Assembly (NCBI GenBank): GCA_001643675.2
Contig: LSRY02000021.1
Span: forward strand, 620,001-684,000
DNA: 64,000 bases
Direction: 5' to 3'
From: Monocercomonoides exilis PA203
Lineage: Eukaryota; Protista; Preaxostyla
Shown here: positions 60,633 to 64,000 of the stretch, piece after piece
How positions within the stretch are numbered: position 1 is the first letter of the stretch
How the letters are laid out: each line of letters begins with the position of its first letter
Translations under genes and position numbers: made by a program
Notes under the pieces: model-generated
Seen by the model: the letters and a program-made list of their open reading frames with translations, nothing else
Database searches by the model: none
What the model was told of the DNA's origin: nothing

Positions 60633-63165
60633 ATGGTGAGTGATATTTGAAATATTGTTTTTTTGTTTTTTTTTTCAAAAATGGATTTTTCTTGCTTTTG
60701 ATGCCTTGATATTAATTATTATTATTATTATTATAATTCAAATATTCAACACACAGGAGTTTATGAGCTTGGACGGAAAAGTTATAGAGCTTTCCCAAAC
60801 ATTTCCTTCTGAAGCACAAAATTCTCAGTCAAATTTGGATGCATTGACTGATTCAATGAAAGCTTTTGCAGATGCTCAAAATGAGGAGGATGACAAGGAT
60901 ACCAGTTTACTTTTTGTTAAAGAAGATGAAACAGAAAATGTTGATATCACACCAAAGAGAAAGAATTTTTCATTTAGCGATTCACAAGCAACAATTGCAA
61001 CATCCTTGCTTATAGTCATGATTTTAATTCTTGGAACGATTACACTTCTTTTATGTATTCTTGTTTTAGTTCAACAAAAAAGAAATAAACCTATTATGCT
61101 CCATGGTCAACCTGTAATAACACCAGAGCCTAAATCATGTGTAATCATTTCAGGATGGTTCGTCATAAAATCAAAATTAATGATTTTAATTCCTGAGGAT
61201 TCATTTGTTGCAGAAGATGCGGCTTTGAGGATTAAGACAATGCTGAATAATACAATTGATATCAATGTACATATACAAAAGGGAACAATATCACAATCCG
61301 CCAAGAACCCGGAGATACAATTTATAAAGAAAAACGATGGGATGAACAGTGAAGAATATTCAGTTGTTGTTACTGAGCAGCACATTTTGATAACTGGATG
61401 CACAGAGGCAGCATTGCATCACGGATTTGTTACACTTCTTCAGATGTTTCCACCTGATATTGTTGGAGCTGCATTTTTGGACATGAAGGATGAATATGGC
61501 AGCACAACAAATAAATCTAAAGAGACTGCAACAACAAATGATAGCCATGCAGCAAGAACTCTTTCTTCTAAATTAAATGGACTCTTTGGATTAAAAGATG
61601 GAACATGGCACAAAAGTGGTAAACGAATTCCTTCTGGAACAGTATCGCTTCAATGCGTTGAAATTCATGATGAGCCACAGTATAAGTACCGAGGGTTTTT
61701 GCTAGATGTGGCGCGCCATCTGTCAACAGTGTCTGAGGTAAAGAAAATGATTGAATTGATAGCCTTCCACAAAATGAACGTATTTCATCTTCATCTCACA
61801 GACGATCAAGGATGGCGTCTTTTCATCCCGAAATATCCAAAGCTTACAGAAATAGGAGCATGGCGACAGAATACAAGAGCGAACTTTGCAGAAAGAGAGA
61901 GAACCGAAGATTTGAAATTACACGAGCGCAATGACTTAGACTATGGCGTTGAATCGTCAATAACCAAACAGTCTACAGAAGTGCATTCATCAATGAAATC
62001 AGCAACTTTCGAAGATATTGATTCAGATCCAGAATGGGGATTCACACGCGACTCAACAAATTTAGCGGTGCCTTTTGGAGTTTATGGAGGATTTTTCACA
62101 CATGAGGATATACGCGAAATTGTCTCGTTTGCCTCGAAGCGAGGAGTTGTTGTTCAGCCAGAGATTGATATGCCCGGACATGCAATGGCAGCGCTGGCAT
62201 CGTATCCGTCGCTCGGCTGCAAAGAAATGAAGTGGAAAGTGACTGGCCGGTGGGGCATTTTCCAGGCGGTGCTCTGCTCAAAAGAAGAAGTGATGACATT
62301 TTTGGAGGATGTGATGGAAGAAGTGTTCTCACTTTTTAACTCTCAGTTTGTGCACATTGGAGGAGACGAATGCGTTGAAGACATGTGGAGAAAGTGCAGT
62401 GCGTGCGCTGCTCAGATGAAGAAAGCAGGGCTCAGTTATGCGAGTCAGATTCCGTGCTTGTTTTTGAACAGAATGGAGAAAGCAGCAGCATCCGCTGGAA
62501 AGCGGATTATCGGGTGGGATGAGATAACTGAGTGCAAAAACAGAAAGAATGACACAGCAGCGATTGTGTGGCACCCTTCGGGCGATGCCGAGTCTATTGC
62601 ATTGAAAGGCACAGAAGTCGTCATTTCACCTATGTCTTTTTGTTATCTGGACTTTAACGAAACGCGCAGCGGTGAGAGATGCAACAATGAGAGCGATTAT
62701 TCGAATGACATGAATCAGATTTCATTGCATACACAGCAACATTCGTTTGATTCAATTGATTCATCTTTACCAGTGCCTTTCTCTCTGTCTGCAAATGGTG
62801 CTATTCATTCAGAAAGACTATCAAATTACTACAACGCATCACTTGCCAACGCATACTCATTCGATCCGCTTTATTTTGTTTCCCCGCGCATTTTCAGAAA
62901 AAAGGAGCTATCTCCTGCTGAACAACAAGATGCTGAGATACTGCGAAAGAACGTCATTGGCGGGCAGTGCAATTTATGGACAGAGCATCTACCGACTCAG
63001 GATAAGAGGGAGTTCAATACTCTTCCACGTCTGGCTGCCATTGCGGAGGCGCTGTGGATCCAAAGAGAAAAGAAAGATTGGAATATATTTTTGGATAAGA
63101 TGAAGAAGCATTTGACTCGTGTGTATAAGTCAATGAATTGGAAGTTTAACAATATGAATCTTTAA
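60633..63165 (+). CDS. Beta-N-acetylhexosaminidase, glycoside hydrolase family 20, type II membrane anchor; probable intron 60636-60756
   Basis: YRGFLLDVARH, KMNVFHLHLTDDQGWR, PEIDMPGH, catalytic HIGGDE intact, IGWDE, YLDF, GGQCNLWTE, PRLAAIAEALW. N-proximal TM helix. The ORF-track N-terminus (MIFEILFF...) is intron sequence GTGAGT...CAG. Confidence 0.93.
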
Positions 63166-63910
63166 AGTCATAGCTTTGTATTGAAGATTTTTTTTAATTG
63201 AAAATTAGTAGCTTCAATTAAGTATTTCTATTAATGTATTTATTAAGCAAATATTTGTTTGCATTTTTATGTTTGAGTGAAATTAACATCAATGATTTTT
63301 TTCTCCAATTTTTTGAGAATTTTCATATTGTTCATTATGGTTGTGAATGCGCCAGTTGGTGCGTTTGCATTTTACGCGTAGCTTTTTGCTTCTGTAGATC
63401 GAAAGGAACAGAGAATTTTTTTTGTTCTGAAAGATTTAAAACAACAAAAGACGGAGCATATCTGTTTTGATTAGCATTTTTCCGATAATGTTTCGCTTTG
63501 ATTCATTACATGTACAACGACATTTTGAAAAAATGGTGAAAGTGTAGAACTCGTCTAAACAGCATTTGTTCACACCATTCAGAATAATTATAAGCTCTAA
63601 AACAAAATTGTAAAAAATCACTTGAAAGTAATAAAAACGACTCCTCAAATCTCAATGTATGATGATTGATTGTCCAAACGAAGCAATGGAAAAATGGAAA
63701 AATGGAAAAATGAAAAAAAAAATTGAAAAAAAGAAAATTAAAAAAAAGAAAATTAAAAAAAAAGAAAAGAAAAGAAAAAGAAAAGTAATAATAATTGAAA
63801 AATTTTCCATGTGTCGAAATGAAAAGTGACAAGATCACAAACAACAGAGTTTGTCTTGGTCAATGCTCAATCATGTGGCCAACAATCAGTAAAAATTTCA
63901 AATAAAGTTA

Positions 63911-63943
<33 letters not shown>

Positions 63944-64000
63944 ACAAAAGACAAGAAAATAAGAAAGACCTTTTCAGAAAATGAAAAGAAAAAGAAAAAT

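Noticed and set aside
1-64000. Non-canonical code (TAA/TAG = Gln), as in some oxymonads
   Set aside because: Multi-kb ORFs contain no in-frame TAA/TAG, use CAA/CAG for Gln, and conserved proteins end at TAA, TAG or TGA.

Overview
AT-rich, intron-containing eukaryotic (protist) genomic DNA using the standard genetic code. The short GT-AG introns, poly-Ser TCT/TCC tracts and a giant GGA[I/L]-repeat surface protein resemble oxymonads/Preaxostyla such as Monocercomonoides; this taxonomy is inferred and unverified. I can support 13 protein-coding genes: a 5'-truncated giant Fab1/PIKfyve, a PLAC8 protein, a nucleolin-like RRM protein, a PDI-family protein, a bromodomain+ET protein, a BIRC6-type E2, a Pho80-type cyclin, an SNF2 ATPase with PHD-like fingers, a ~2600-aa Ser-rich unknown, ZPR1, a 3861-aa type I beta-helix surface protein, a phospholipase-B-like protein lacking its nucleophile, and a membrane-anchored GH20 hexosaminidase. 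Features missed by the ORF track: (i) a nested transposon cluster at 22.6-25.1 kb, where a decayed Merlin/IS1595-type transposase is split by a foldback MITE whose removal restores the frame, flanked by two 267-bp GGG...CCC MITEs; (ii) a ~430-bp almost fully palindromic element with two copies (44.3 kb and 24.0 kb); (iii) an unusual GTTTG-dominated, +4U 5' splice consensus; (iv) four tight head-to-head gene pairs, including pseudo-PLB/GH20. No tRNA, rRNA or CRISPR array was recognised.
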